Shown here one piece after another: positions 22,713-34,411 of a stretch of 42,836 nt of DNA. The notes beneath the pieces were generated by a model. That model ran no database searches. It saw nothing but the letters and a program-made list of their open reading frames with translations, and was not told the DNA's origin. The translations under genes and the position numbers were made by a program. How positions within the stretch are numbered: position 1 is the first letter of the stretch; the number at the start of each line of letters is the position of its first letter. Origin of the DNA: Batkoa obscura (lineage: Eukaryota); contig JASVEC010000143.1 in the NCBI GenBank assembly GCA_030770535.1, forward strand, positions 1 to 42,836, read 5' to 3'.

Positions 22713-23460
22713 ATATCTTGTTCAAGTAGAACTATTAGAAAACGAATAGATGTTTGAGCTAGATTGTTTTTATCACAAACAAATAAGCACATTAAATTGG
22801 AACAAAAATGTGCAAACTTACTTCAGCTAAAAACAAATTCAAACTCCCACATCATACATATTCCCAACGAATCCCTTCATCTCATCTTTAACTATATCTG
22901 GGTAAATATATGAGTGCCCAAATGTAAAGCGTAACCAGATACAAATCATAATCAAAGAGCATGTTCATATCAATTAGACATTTTTGATATTAAAATTTTG
23001 TACATGAGTGCTAATATTGGAGTTAAAACTTTCATAAATAATTGGGGCTTTTTATCACTTCCTCTGCTTTTCTTCTCTTAATCCTGTACCTCAATCTATT
23101 TCTTAAAGGATGAATTGCTTTGTTCCCAATAGTATTTGAAGGTAATTTTTGCTTTCTATAATTGTTCAATTCATATAAAAAAGAACATTTCTAATAATAC
23201 AATAAATAGAACTTTTGGCTATTTGTTAAAGCATATCTAAATCATAATAGATACAGATTGATAAAAATATTAATATCTAGATTGAGCTATTAAATAAAAC
23301 AGCTTAGTCTATTCTGGAATTTTTCAAAATATCTTTATAGCGTTAAATAATATTCTTCAAACGTTTTTATGGTCGATATAGTGTTCTTTTGTTGTTTCTT
23401 CAAATAGTTATTTAAACATATGATATAGAAGTTATATAAAAATATTAAAAATCAAAAAAT

Positions 23461-23556
23461 GGGATGTTTTTTTGGCTCCATTACTTTTTCTATTTTTTAA
23501 GCACTATTTAAGCGGAAAAATTATTAATAAAATTATTAAGCATAAAAATACATTCC
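23461..23556 (+). mobile_element. MITE family copy (A)
   Basis: gggatgtttttttggctccattac...aaaaatacattcc. Confidence 0.8.
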
Positions 23557-23678
23557 TGAATACCTTCTCTTAGCTTAAAACTGGTCATAAAAATTTAAAA
23601 AATTTAACCTTGGCCAAAGTGAACGAACTACTTGTAATTTCAAGCAAGCTTAAATTTATCTATACCTATCACACATAT

Positions 23679-23776
23679 CGAAATGTATTTTTTTGCTTAA
23701 TAATTTTATTAATAATTTTTCCGCTCAATAGTGCTTAAAAAATAGAAAAAGTTATGAAACCAAAAAAAATAGCCCC
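23679..23776 (-). mobile_element. MITE family copy (B), ATAT flanks
   Basis: atat|cgaaatgtatttttttgcttaataa...gaaaccaaaaaaaatagcccc|atat. Confidence 0.75.
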
Positions 23777-23875
23777 ATATTTTAATTATGTTGACAATTT
23801 ATAGTTAATGAGTGCAACAACATTTTTCTAAAAAAACTATTTGCTTTTCGAGGCTTTGAAAAGCATTATAATAAT

Positions 23876-23973
23876 GGGGCTGTCTTTTTTAGTTTCATTA
23901 TTTTTCCATTTTTTAAGCGCTATTTATGTGGAAAAATTGTCAGTAAAATTCTTAAATACAAAAATACATCCCC
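23876..23973 (+). mobile_element. MITE family copy (A)
   Basis: ggggctgtcttttttagtttcatta...aaaaatacatcccc. Confidence 0.8.
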
Positions 23974-24223
23974 AATATTATTAGTGTCTAAAGTATTAAT
24001 TTAAGTGGAAAATAGGCCATAATAAAAATGGCTTTATCAGTGTTAAACAAGTTTAACTCTGAAAAATTCTATTAATATAAAGTACATTTAAAAATATCTT
24101 AAAGCAGTAATCGTTAAATAAATACATTAAAAATTATGTAATAAATTAGAATAAATTAAACTAATTATAAAAGGTGAGTTAAAAGCTTTTGGCTTTTCAT
24201 TTTGTTTTGATAACCTAATTGAT

Positions 24224-25681
24224 ATGTATTATTCTAATAATAACAATAATTTAATTTCAACTACTACTTCTGATATCAGTTCTAATGAGAAAATATCATA
24301 CTTAGCATCAACAATGAGGATGAATAGAATAAGAGATATAATGGCTAGGACTAATAACTATAAATGGGTAAAAAGAGGTAAAGATGAAAAGGAAAGATAT
24401 TTGAATTATGGTATAATTATGGATGCGGGGCCGACTGGAACGTAAGCTGATTAAATATTAATCATAATAGCAACTATTGATAATTAATTTAGTCGACTTT
24501 TTGTTTACGAATGGAATAATCCAAGAAATTGTTATGCCTCGCCATATGTAAGACCAAGTCTCCACACTTCTGGACCAAAACAAGGGAAACAATATAGTAT
24601 TAAAAAATCAGGAGGATTATCGGATCTTAATCCCAATCAAGTTCAAAGTTATTTAAAAGATTTCATTGGTAATGTAACCCGGTTCGTACCTAAATCGGAG
24701 CATAGTAAAACGCCAATCTTCTTAAAAGCAACCGCTGGTATGCGATTATTAAGTAAAAAGCAATCAAACGATATAATGGAACAGGTAAAAGGGGTATTGA
24801 AAACTTCCGGTTTTAAATTTGATTTAAAATTCGGAGCTCAAGTGATCCCTGGGGAATATGAAGGAATCTTTGGCTGGCTGGCGGGTAACTACATGGCCGG
24901 TGTTTTAAATAATAATAATACTGCAACCGGTCTTAGTTATGGTATGCTTGATATGGGCGGCGCCTCATGTCAAATCACTTTTGAGGCTTCACAAGTACCA
25001 ATTGAAAACTCTTTTCCAATCAGTTTAAATGGCACTTCAAGGATCCTTTATACTCATTCTTATCTTCGATTCGGTAGAAATGAAGCTAAATCAAGATATG
25101 AAGTCAATGAGATTAATCCTTTGTCCAAAGGCTATGGTGAAAAAATCAAAGACCCATGCTTTGTTAAGGGTTATAAAGGAAAAACAAAAGATAATATTGA
25201 GTTTGAAGGTAGTGGGGATTTTAAACGATGTATTTCAAATACTAAAAGATTGCTATTAAAAGATTCTTTTTGTTCTACTATGTCTTGTGCTATCAATGGG
25301 GTTTATCAACCGGATATTCCTGATGATATGAAATTGATAGCTGTTTCTGCAATGTATGGAGTAGCGAATTGGTTCAAATGTAAAGGAAAATCCAATATAC
25401 AATGTTTGTTGAAAAATGCGGATTCTGTCTGTAGTAATTTAAATCATGAAGAATACCTAAAAGTATATAGTAAAACAAGCGACGATAAGAATATAAATGA
25501 TTATTGTTTCATGGCAGCTTATATTGTTAACATAGTAAAGGAAGGGTACGGACTATCATTAGATCGTACTATCTATTTTGATGGAGAAATTGATAGCGTC
25601 GAAATTGGATGGACTTTAGGGGCTATGATCTATGAAATTAATTCTTTATCTCTTCCTGGAAAAAACTGTGCTTTTCACTAA
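24224..25681 (+). CDS. GDA1/CD39-family nucleoside phosphatase (apyrase/NTPDase); intron 24442-24492; true start uncertain
   Basis: Apyrase conserved regions IIMDAGPTGT-RLFVYEW, LKATAGMRLL, EGIFGWLAGNY, GMLDMGGASCQITF, WTLGAM. Confidence 0.9.
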
Positions 25682-25845
25682 ATTTTATTCTAAATTTTTT
25701 TGCAAGACTCATCTTGTATTTAAAATAAACTAAATTGTCGTAAAATTGAAACAGTTAATTTAAACAAGGCAATTTTCAAGTCATCACGCTTTTATTTTTT
25801 ATGGCATAACTATGTATATTTAGCGTATACTATGCTAAATAATAT

Positions 25846-25942
25846 AGCGATGATTTTTTTGGCTTCATTGCTTTTTCATCTTTTAACCACTATTTGGGTG
25901 GAAAGATTGTTAGTAAAATTCTAAACACATGAATACATCTCC
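25846..25942 (+). mobile_element. MITE family copy (A), ATAT target duplication
   Basis: atat|agcgatgatttttttggcttcattg...gaatacatctcc|atat. Confidence 0.75.
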
Positions 25943-26088
25943 ATATTATAACCTTTTTTTTGATTTTTAAAATTCAAAATATAGCTCTTTTTAATTGGTT
26001 TATATATCAACTACCAAATAGTATTTCTGTATTCTACTGCATATTCTAGTAGTTCTATTTGAAAGTTAGATCATTGAGTATAGGATAG

Positions 26089-26185
26089 GGGGATGTTTTT
26101 TTTGGCTTCATTACTTTTTCCATCTTTTAAGCACTATTTGAACGGAAAAATTGTTAGTAAAATCCTTAAATACAAAAACATTCTC
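26089..26185 (+). mobile_element. MITE family copy (A)
   Basis: ggggatgttttttttggcttcattactttttccatcttttaagcactatttg...aaaaacattctc. Confidence 0.82.
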
Positions 26186-26785
26186 ACATAAAGTACTCTT
26201 AAATTTAATTTGACTTTATTTTGGATGATAAGTTTTTTTATGAATAAATTATCTTAAGTAACTTCTAAATGTTAACTTATGTTCTTTTTGGAAATATTGA
26301 AGAGATTGCACTAAACATATTTCAAAATATACTTTCAGTGACTCTGTTTTGAACAAAAGTAAATGTTCTTTAGACCATCATTTCATATCGTTGTCTCCGA
26401 TTATGATCATTTTATTTGAATATAAGATGTAACTTAGTAAAATTGTTAAATTTGCTAAACTTTTATTAAAATAGTTTCAAACTGCTTTAATATTTATGTA
26501 CAATATGGGAATGTTTTTTACCTTTACCCTTTTTTCTGTTATTTTAAAATTGAGATTAACCAATTAATGCAGCTGCTTAAGTTTAAATGTGCGCTGGTAA
26601 ATTATGAATTTTATAACTAATTGTTTATTTTATCATGTTGATTTAACGCTTACTAGTTCAAATTAATTTTGAAATAAATAGTTGGCTAGCACACAGTCAA
26701 GCTTAAACAACATACTAACTAGTTAGTTAATTTCTGAATTTAAAAAAATAGTAAAAAAGGACAACTGGTAAAAATATCTCCATAC

Positions 26786-26883
26786 GGGGATGTATTTTTT
26801 CGTTTAAGAATTTTACTAACAATTTTTCTACTCAAATAGTGCTTAAAAAATGGAAAAGTAATGGAATCAAAAAAAACACCCCC
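26786..26883 (-). mobile_element. MITE family copy (B)
   Basis: atac|ggggatgtattttttcgtttaagaa...aaaaaaaacaccccc|atat. Confidence 0.82.
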
Positions 26884-27705
26884 ATATAGTACTTGTTTTT
26901 TAAATATTATAGATAGCTTTTTTAATAGCTCATTCATTCGATGGTGCACTTATTTCAAAAAACAATAAAAAGGTTAGAATTGCACGTTGTCAAATTCTAT
27001 GCTTAATATAAAATAATATAAAACAAAATAGCTAAAAAAATAAGCCGTAATTAAACTAAGAATAATATCCATGAATAAATTTGCTATTTTTAAAGATTGA
27101 TTTAGTGAGTCATCATCAGCTTCAAGATTTAAAAAAAGTTAGCACCATGTTTTATTTAGTATGTTAAATAACACTAGATCATATTTGTAGTTTTTATATA
27201 AGTTAAGTGTTTTAATTAATATTTCCATCGATATTTTCATTTTAATATATTAAATTGTTATCAATTTTCACAAAAATTAGGTGTGAAAACGTGACAATAT
27301 AAATTTGAGTCTACAACATAAAGTCAATGAACGGTATTTATACAGAAATATATTTAAAAAAATGGAAGCACGAGTTGTAATAATAATTTTGTGTTATATA
27401 ATATAACATTTTTTTTCATACTTTATTCCAATATCCATTACTTTTTACTACTTAAAGTTAATTTAATGTTTTGTATATCAAATTTAAAACCATTTCTACA
27501 TATTAATGATTTATAACCTAATTATACTTCCACATGCTAAATTATTCCCAAGAATAAATACAGTGAATAAAAAAATTAACAGAGAAATAAAATTTATTTA
27601 ATTTGACAGTACCTCTAAATTAAATAAAAAAGGTATATAAGGAAGGCATAGTATATTTCGACTTTAACAATTAGTAAATAAAAATAATAAATAATAAATA
27701 ACCAG

Positions 27706-28437
27706 ATGAAATTCTCTACTGGACTTGTATTATCAACCCTAACTTTTAGCGCTTTTGGGCAATTAAACTCAAACCTTGCTTGTAGTAGTGATGTTCGCTC
27801 ATGTTCAGCAAGTGCTGTAGATAAATGTTGTACCCCAGATATGGGCTTATTAGTATTAGCTTTACAATGGATTCCAGGACTAGGCCCAAGGGATGCGTTT
27901 ACTGTTCATGGCTTATGGCCTAATAACTGTGATGGAACTTATGGATCAGCAGAAGGATGTGATACCTCCCGCAATTATAATGACCTTGATGCTATCGTAG
28001 GTGCTGATTCGTCTTTGGAATCTGATATGAACACTTATTGGGCATCTTACAAAGGAGACAATCCTGCTTTTTGGGAGCATGAGTGGAGCAAACATGGCAC
28101 ATGCTATAGCGTATTTGCGCCAAATTGTTATTCTTCATATTCAAAAGGACAAGATGCTAGAGACTATTTTAAAACAGGTTTAAAATTAAGATCTGAATTC
28201 AACCTCTATCAGACACTTAAAAGCTCTGGTATCGTTCCTGGAGGCTCTTATCCTAGAAATGATTTTATCGCTGCTTTAAACAAACTTGGTGCTCAAGTTC
28301 AACTTATCTGTAAAAGCGGTGCTATAAATGAAATCAGACTTCATATGTATGTAACCGGAAAAGATAATTTCCAAATTACTAACTCTCCAGCAATGGGATC
28401 TTGCCCTAAGACAATCAGATACCCTATTAAAAATTGA
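27706..28437 (+). CDS. Secreted ribonuclease T2 family (RNase Rh-like), intronless
   Basis: Signal-peptide-like N-terminus; CAS I FTVHGLWP and CAS II FWEHEWSKHGTC; conserved cysteines. Confidence 0.95.
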   Translation: MKFSTGLVLSTLTFSAFGQLNSNLACSSDVRSCSASAVDKCCTPDMGLLVLALQWIPGLGPRDAFTVHGLWPNNCDGTYGSAEGCDTSRNYNDLDAIVGADSSLESDMNTYWASYKGDNPAFWEHEWSKHGTCYSVFAPNCYSSYSKGQDARDYFKTGLKLRSEFNLYQTLKSSGIVPGGSYPRNDFIAALNKLGAQVQLICKSGAINEIRLHMYVTGKDNFQITNSPAMGSCPKTIRYPIKN

Positions 28438-29465
28438 ATTTTGTTTATAAAGGATAAGTTAGATTAATAAAGTTGGCTTAATATGTATAAATTTCAAATT
28501 CTGTAACACTTGATATTATGAAACCGTAACAGCGATACTATTAATCTGACTTTACATTTTCATTTTGCCATACTCACATTAATATTTATTGCTTAAAAGT
28601 TTAATACTTCAAGGATATCTTGTTTATACTCAAATATAATTTTGGAATAAACACATTAAGATTTCAAAGTATTCTAGACGTTGGCTTAAGTATAAATCCA
28701 TTTATGTAAATTTTATATAAAGGCCCCATCTTTTGTTTTTATGCTTGCCTTCCGCTCTTTTATTTGTAAACTATTATCCTTTCGTGCATAATTTATAATG
28801 TTTTTAGTTGCGATTCTCTATGCCTAAAAGCTCTATAGAAGCTCTACTAAAACTAAACACTGGCTATCTTAATTTCTCTGCTAGTATTTCTTGACAAGTA
28901 ATACAAAATGATACAAAGAACAATTTCCCAACATAAATCAATCTTGTTTTAACTGATTTTGAGAAGTAAAACCATTATTGCATTTAAAGCTATCATATAT
29001 TCAATGTTAACATTACTTTTGTATCAAATTGGCATCATTTTAAATATTACTGCACTAATGGTTGTCCAAGCACAAAAGAAAGCTGATTTTACTTTAAGTT
29101 ATGTTTATAAAATCCAATTTTTCCTGATTATTCTGACCTTGAAAATACTGTATTTTAGTTAATAACGATTGTCTACATTATAAAAATTGAACAAATACAG
29201 AGCCATAAAATTTAGCTAAATGGTTCATTATTTTATCGAAGTTATAGATATAATTAAAATAACTGTAGCGTCCTACATATTTTACATCTAAAGTTTTTTG
29301 ACTTAGGAAATAAAAATTTTATACATAATGGGAGCATTGAGGATATGTATCTATATTGATTTTGTTGATTTTATATTTAATTAAAACGATATTTATATAT
29401 ATCAAATAAAGCTTAGATTTTATAAGGTTCCCCAAAGAGCTATACACAATCAAAAACTATTATTA

Positions 29466-29564
29466 GGGGATGTTTTTTTTGGCTTCATTATTTTTTCCAT
29501 CTTTTAAGCACTATTTGAGTGGCAAAATTATTAGCAAAATTCTTAAACACAAAAATACATCCCC
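29466..29564 (+). mobile_element. MITE family copy (A), best preserved, ATTA target duplication
   Basis: atta|ggggatgttttttttggcttcatt...cacaaaaatacatcccc|atta. Confidence 0.9.
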
Positions 29565-30669
29565 ATTATCTTTTTATGGCTTGTGATTTTAGCCCAGTAT
29601 ATAAATGGTATGTTGAAACAGAAATGGAGGTACATCAAACTAATAGCCAACTTGATTAAACGTAAAGTTTGCTAGTTTAGCAAGACGTAACCCCTCTTTT
29701 TGCTATACTAAGATTTATAATACGGCCATTTTCATCAAATTATAAATTCTTTATATTTCATACTATTACGAACTGTTTTTTTGATGAATACTTTTCGGCT
29801 TTATAGGAATTTAAGTGATATCTGACTTAATTAATAATGTACCATATATATGTGTATATTTAATATTATGTTATCTTAATTTCCTATATGATCTTTTATT
29901 TCATACTAAAATTAAGTTTACTATAAGCTAAAAATACAAATTCATTTTTTATATAATTTATATTAAATTTTATAGATGATTTGGATACTATAAGGTTTTA
30001 ATTTTCGTGTTTTTCATGAGAAATTTGAATCAAAATTCAAAGTGTCCAACACTTATTCTATACTTATTCTATCCCTCAATTTGCTAGAACAAATAGTAAC
30101 TTGGTATTCTAATGAGAACTTATAGCATCTGCTTAAATATCAAAAAAGGTCACAAAACAAAAAAGGTAAGCCAAGATAAAATTATGATCTTTAAAAAGAT
30201 ACATAAATTTTGCCTTTCATAAATTTGTAAATTCATCTTTCAGATACTATCAATGTTTTTTCACACATGTTATGTTTCATTGGAAGTTTTGAAAATCCAA
30301 AGAGAATATTGAGAAAATATCTGAAAATGACTATATAATAACGTTTTGAGTTAGTTTAACTTGACATGCTGAAACTAAGAAACAACTGTTAGTAACTGTA
30401 TATAAAATTTTAGGCATGTTTTATAAACTGGTGATTTAATGAAAGTTAGTCTGATTATAAAGAACCATTGATACCTTTGCAAGATGTTGATAATTTCAAA
30501 TGCATTAAATTAATTACAAGGGCTTAAAGGTTTATACTTTATAAAAAATAGCCTTTGAGTATTGCTGTATTGTTACCTTGATAGGTTCTTAAGTCAGGTT
30601 GATTTATATGCATTTATTAAACAGAAATTTAAGGTGATAAGTTTTAAAAACTTTGGCTACTAACAATAT

Positions 30670-30768
30670 GGGGATGTCTTTTTTGACTTCATTATTTTTC
30701 CATTTTTTAAGCGCTATTTAAGCGGAAAAATTGTTAATAAAAATTCTTAAACACAAAAATACATCCCC
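30670..30768 (+). mobile_element. MITE family copy (A), ATAT target duplication
   Basis: atat|ggggatgtcttttttgacttc...cacaaaaatacatcccc|atat. Confidence 0.9.
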
Positions 30769-31671
30769 ATATACTGTTATCTCTAAATTGTTGGTTCTTT
30801 ATTTCTATTCATAAGCTGTGTAACTTTAAAAGCTTTCAAAAGTAAAATGCCTGTATATATAGTTTTATTTGGTAATATAGTTTTTAGCTCTATACTTCAT
30901 AAACTACAAAAACAGTATAAAATGAAAAAGTTGCTTAAAGCGCAACTCTTTAAAATATATCCCCAGCCCAAAAAATTTCAGTTAAAATTTTATATTTGTG
31001 ATCAATAACAGCTTATACTTATTTGGGCAAAAAGCTCTATGAAGTAATAGCTTGCAGGCTAATAATACTGAGTAAAGTCCTATTTGGTGGTAATCGTAAG
31101 TGCATAAAGCAAATTTAAAAATTATCAAATTAACACCACTTGTTAACATTATAAAGAATATAAATATAAAACGTAAGTTCTTACTATTTTTTATACTTCA
31201 ATATTATTCAAATAAAAGGACATCATAGATAAATATCAGTGCTCATGAAATCATTTTTGATTTTATATTTATTATAATCTATTAAATTGTGGACATTATT
31301 AGAAATACTTCTAATACAACAATAATAAAAGTTTGTTAATAAAAATGCATACTAATAAAAATATTCTTCATTATTAAGTAAACAGTATGATATATAACTA
31401 TATTATATATTATATAGTACATAATATAATTATTCTTAAAATGAAATTTATGCATATAAAGCTATTTTCATTATTTTTAGCTAAAAAAATTAAAATGAAA
31501 TAGTAGCAAGTGGTAAAATTGAACCGCTATTACAATAGCAATTTAATCAATTAATATGAGAGAAGGATACTCATGAATTAAAACTATATATATATGAGAA
31601 AATAAAGTAAAATGAAGATTTTTATCACCTTTTAATACCTTTTAAAAATAGTCTAAATCAACTTAATTAGT

Positions 31672-32462
31672 ATGAAATATCTAACATTATCTTATATCAC
31701 CTTATTATTTTTTACATCTGCTTTGTTGTGTAGCGGTAAGTTTACTATAAGATTATTAAAGTAATAATCACTAAATCAAATTTAGATTCTAAATCAAGCG
31801 ATAGCAGTGATGGAAGCAGTGATGGAAGCAGTGATGGAAGTAGTAGTGAACCTTTAGCGGTGGGTCAAGGACCAGGAAAAGTAGCAAATACGGACACAAC
31901 CAAATACGCTGGAGTTTATCAATTTACCTATTTTTACCCAGAGGCATCTAAAGATAATAAAACCTTGCTACTTCCATGCAAAAACAGCACCACCTTTTCT
32001 TTAGATTTTCCGGCTGGTGAAGGGGTAGATATCGGTAAAGATTTTAGTAGTTTTAAAGATGGCGCAGATCCCATATATAAAACAGTTCAAAGCTCTTGGG
32101 TAATAAAAGAGTTAGCCATTGGTAAAGGTGGGTTTGATACCCTTAAAGTTGGTGTTTATGTCGATGATAGCGAAGAGAAATTAGTTTGTTGGACAGTTAA
32201 CTTTGTTAATAAGAAACTTATCATTAATTTGAATCCTGATAAGGTTACTGCTTGTCCAACTAAATTTATACCCTCTACTAAAACTTGCAGGAAAGAGTTA
32301 GCTTATTTACTTGGTACATGTGTTTCTGGTCCTTGTACTGGTGATGGTTCAAAGCCTAGAGAAGAGAATTCTGTTAAATCAGCCACTTCCAATGCTTCTA
32401 TAGTTAAAGCTTCTGTCTCTAGCTTAGTTACCTTTCTTTTTATTACCTTCATTATCGTTTAA
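31672..32462 (+). CDS. Unknown secreted, probably GPI-anchored surface protein; intron 31736-31785
   Basis: MKYLTLSYITLLFFTSALLCS signal, SSDG x3 linker, Cys-containing body, Ser/Ala spacer and hydrophobic C-terminus (SLVTFLFITFIIV). Confidence 0.75.
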
Positions 32463-32580
32463 ATTTTGATTATAAAGCTTTACTAAATAATTAATTGAGA
32501 TTTTAAGATTGTAATTTATAACTGATATATTTTAAATAATAAAATAAATTAGATAATAAATACTAGATAGTCAATGGATA

Positions 32581-32613
32581 AATGATGAATGATAAATGAT
32601 AAATGATAAATGA
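32581..32613. repeat. Short (AATGATA)n heptamer tandem repeat
   Basis: aatgatgaatgataaatgataaatgataaatga. Confidence 0.6.
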
Positions 32614-33328
32614 CAGATATTAAAATAGATAACAGATGAAACATAATATATATATAATCATAAAATATCGTTTTATGAAATAGGTTTATACAAATCAAAT
32701 TTTGTAAACTCATAGCTAAATAAAGTAATATTCATTAATAAAGTATAAAAATATCAAATGAGTAAAATTATTTTATATTAATTAATTAATAAACCTTTAA
32801 GCAATATATTAATAATAAATTTTTAATAAGTAAAGTGCTATTATTGCTTGATTATCTATTGACATCAGTATTTGAGTTGTTTTCTTATATCTTTTTTTAG
32901 TCTAATGTCTCTTAAATACCATTTTGTAGCCTCAAAATAGGTATTGTTAGATACGTAAATCGAACTCTTAAACTCCTATAGATTTAAGACTGCTATTTAG
33001 ATTGATAATATGTCTTCACGGCATATATTAATTAAAGCAGGCATTAGTATAAATGCTACATTTGAATAATAAACAATTGAACAGTAATAACAAATATGAA
33101 CCTTATTAAATAAAACATTCATGAGACTATCACCTATAAAAACAAACCAAATGACGTAATTTGAGAACAAACACACAAATAAGGTAAGTTAAATAATTTT
33201 ACCTTTAAAGCACTAACTAAAATAGTAAAAATACATATTATTCTTACAAACAAGGGTTAGTGTTTTGTAGATTTATGGAACAATCGACTTCTGATTATTT
33301 TATTTTATACTTTTAATCATTTAATTTA

Positions 33329-33956
33329 ATGTCAATGGAAGATAATGTATTGACATGGACGAGTGAGCAAGTAGCATCATGGTTAGGTACCATAGGGTTT
33401 AACAGTTGCATTCAAAAATTTCAGGGTAAACTAAAATAGCTAGTAATTTTTCTGAATAAATATCAATTTTAACAAAAAGATGAAGGCATAACAGGCGAGG
33501 TATTGGTATATTTAGACCATGAAACGCTACTTGATCTAAATCTCAAATCTTTGGGTAAAAGAATTCAGCTTTTGAAAGCTATTTATGAGCTTAAAGTGAG
33601 GTTCAATATTCCAATTTTTTCAGAAGATTATGCTCCTCCAGGTAAACCTTTTAGTTTTGACACATCTCTTTTATTAGAAATTTATCTAGATACAATTGAA
33701 GACGTTGTAAGAAAGCAAATTACTTTTAGTCCTAACAATTAATTATTTTAAAAAGTGTTATGAAGATGAAATGTTTGGAGGATATCAAATTAGCGATAAT
33801 AAAGTCGTTGCAGCGTTAAAAGAAAGAGGTATTTCAGTTTAATTAATTAAAATTATTATTAAATACCCTCCAGATGCTGTTATCAAACTCATTGTACAAG
33901 AAATATCTAAATTAAATTTGGAACTTGTTAGACTTAGGGAGCCAAGTTCAAGGTGA
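33329..33956 (+). CDS. Ste50-like SAM-domain plus coiled-coil protein, short (no RA domain visible), ~5 exons
   Basis: WTSEQVASWLGTIGF...DEGITGEVLVYLDHETLLDLNLKSLGKRIQLLKAIYELKVRFNIPIFSEDYAPP...LKERDAVIK...ELVRLRE resembles the N-terminus of filamentous-fungal Ste50. The 3' end may splice on to ~34115. Confidence 0.7.
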
Positions 33957-34411
33957 TGATAGCCCATTAAAAAAGTATTTTATTTATAAAGTTATATATG
34001 TTAGTTTAATAGCATTAATATCTAATGTGTATCTTCTTCAACAAATTAAGCTAATTAATAAACATTTTATAGGTCAGACGATGTCTTAAAAATTAAAAGA
34101 TTACACATAATTTAACATTTGACTATCCTTAATGAGAGAAATGATACATTGAAAGAAATGATTCCATTTTGGAACAAAATTTCGCAATATTTTGAAACAC
34201 ATAATTGCGTCATAATTTTTTACTGATATGTTTATATTTAATTTATATAATATATTGCATAAAACATTTTCCATCTTTTAATATTTTTATTATTTAAATG
34301 CTTGACTGTTTTACTACTTGACTCTATCTAGCATCTTTATTTCAAAGATTGCAATTTTGATATAAAATCGTAAAAACTATAACAAAGATTAAAGACTTTC
34401 TAATTTTTTAC

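Noticed and set aside
22750..23200. Slightly GC-richer stretch that might be a gene remnant
   Set aside because: No sustained frame or recognisable motif found on either strand.
25667..25681. Apyrase C-terminal CAFH as a CaaX prenylation signal
   Set aside because: Poor fit to the CaaX consensus, and the enzyme family is lumenal or extracellular.
26740..26949. 69-aa minus ORF (also 10502-10693, 20319-20531, 22389-22583, 25029-25259, 28959-29162, 39355-39546, 41721-41906)
   Set aside because: Short frames that run through a MITE, overlap real genes in another frame or strand, or lack ATG starts and motifs.
1612..33160. AATGACGT (CRE-like) motifs near 1612, 6465 and 33150
   Set aside because: Too few and inconsistently placed to distinguish from chance.
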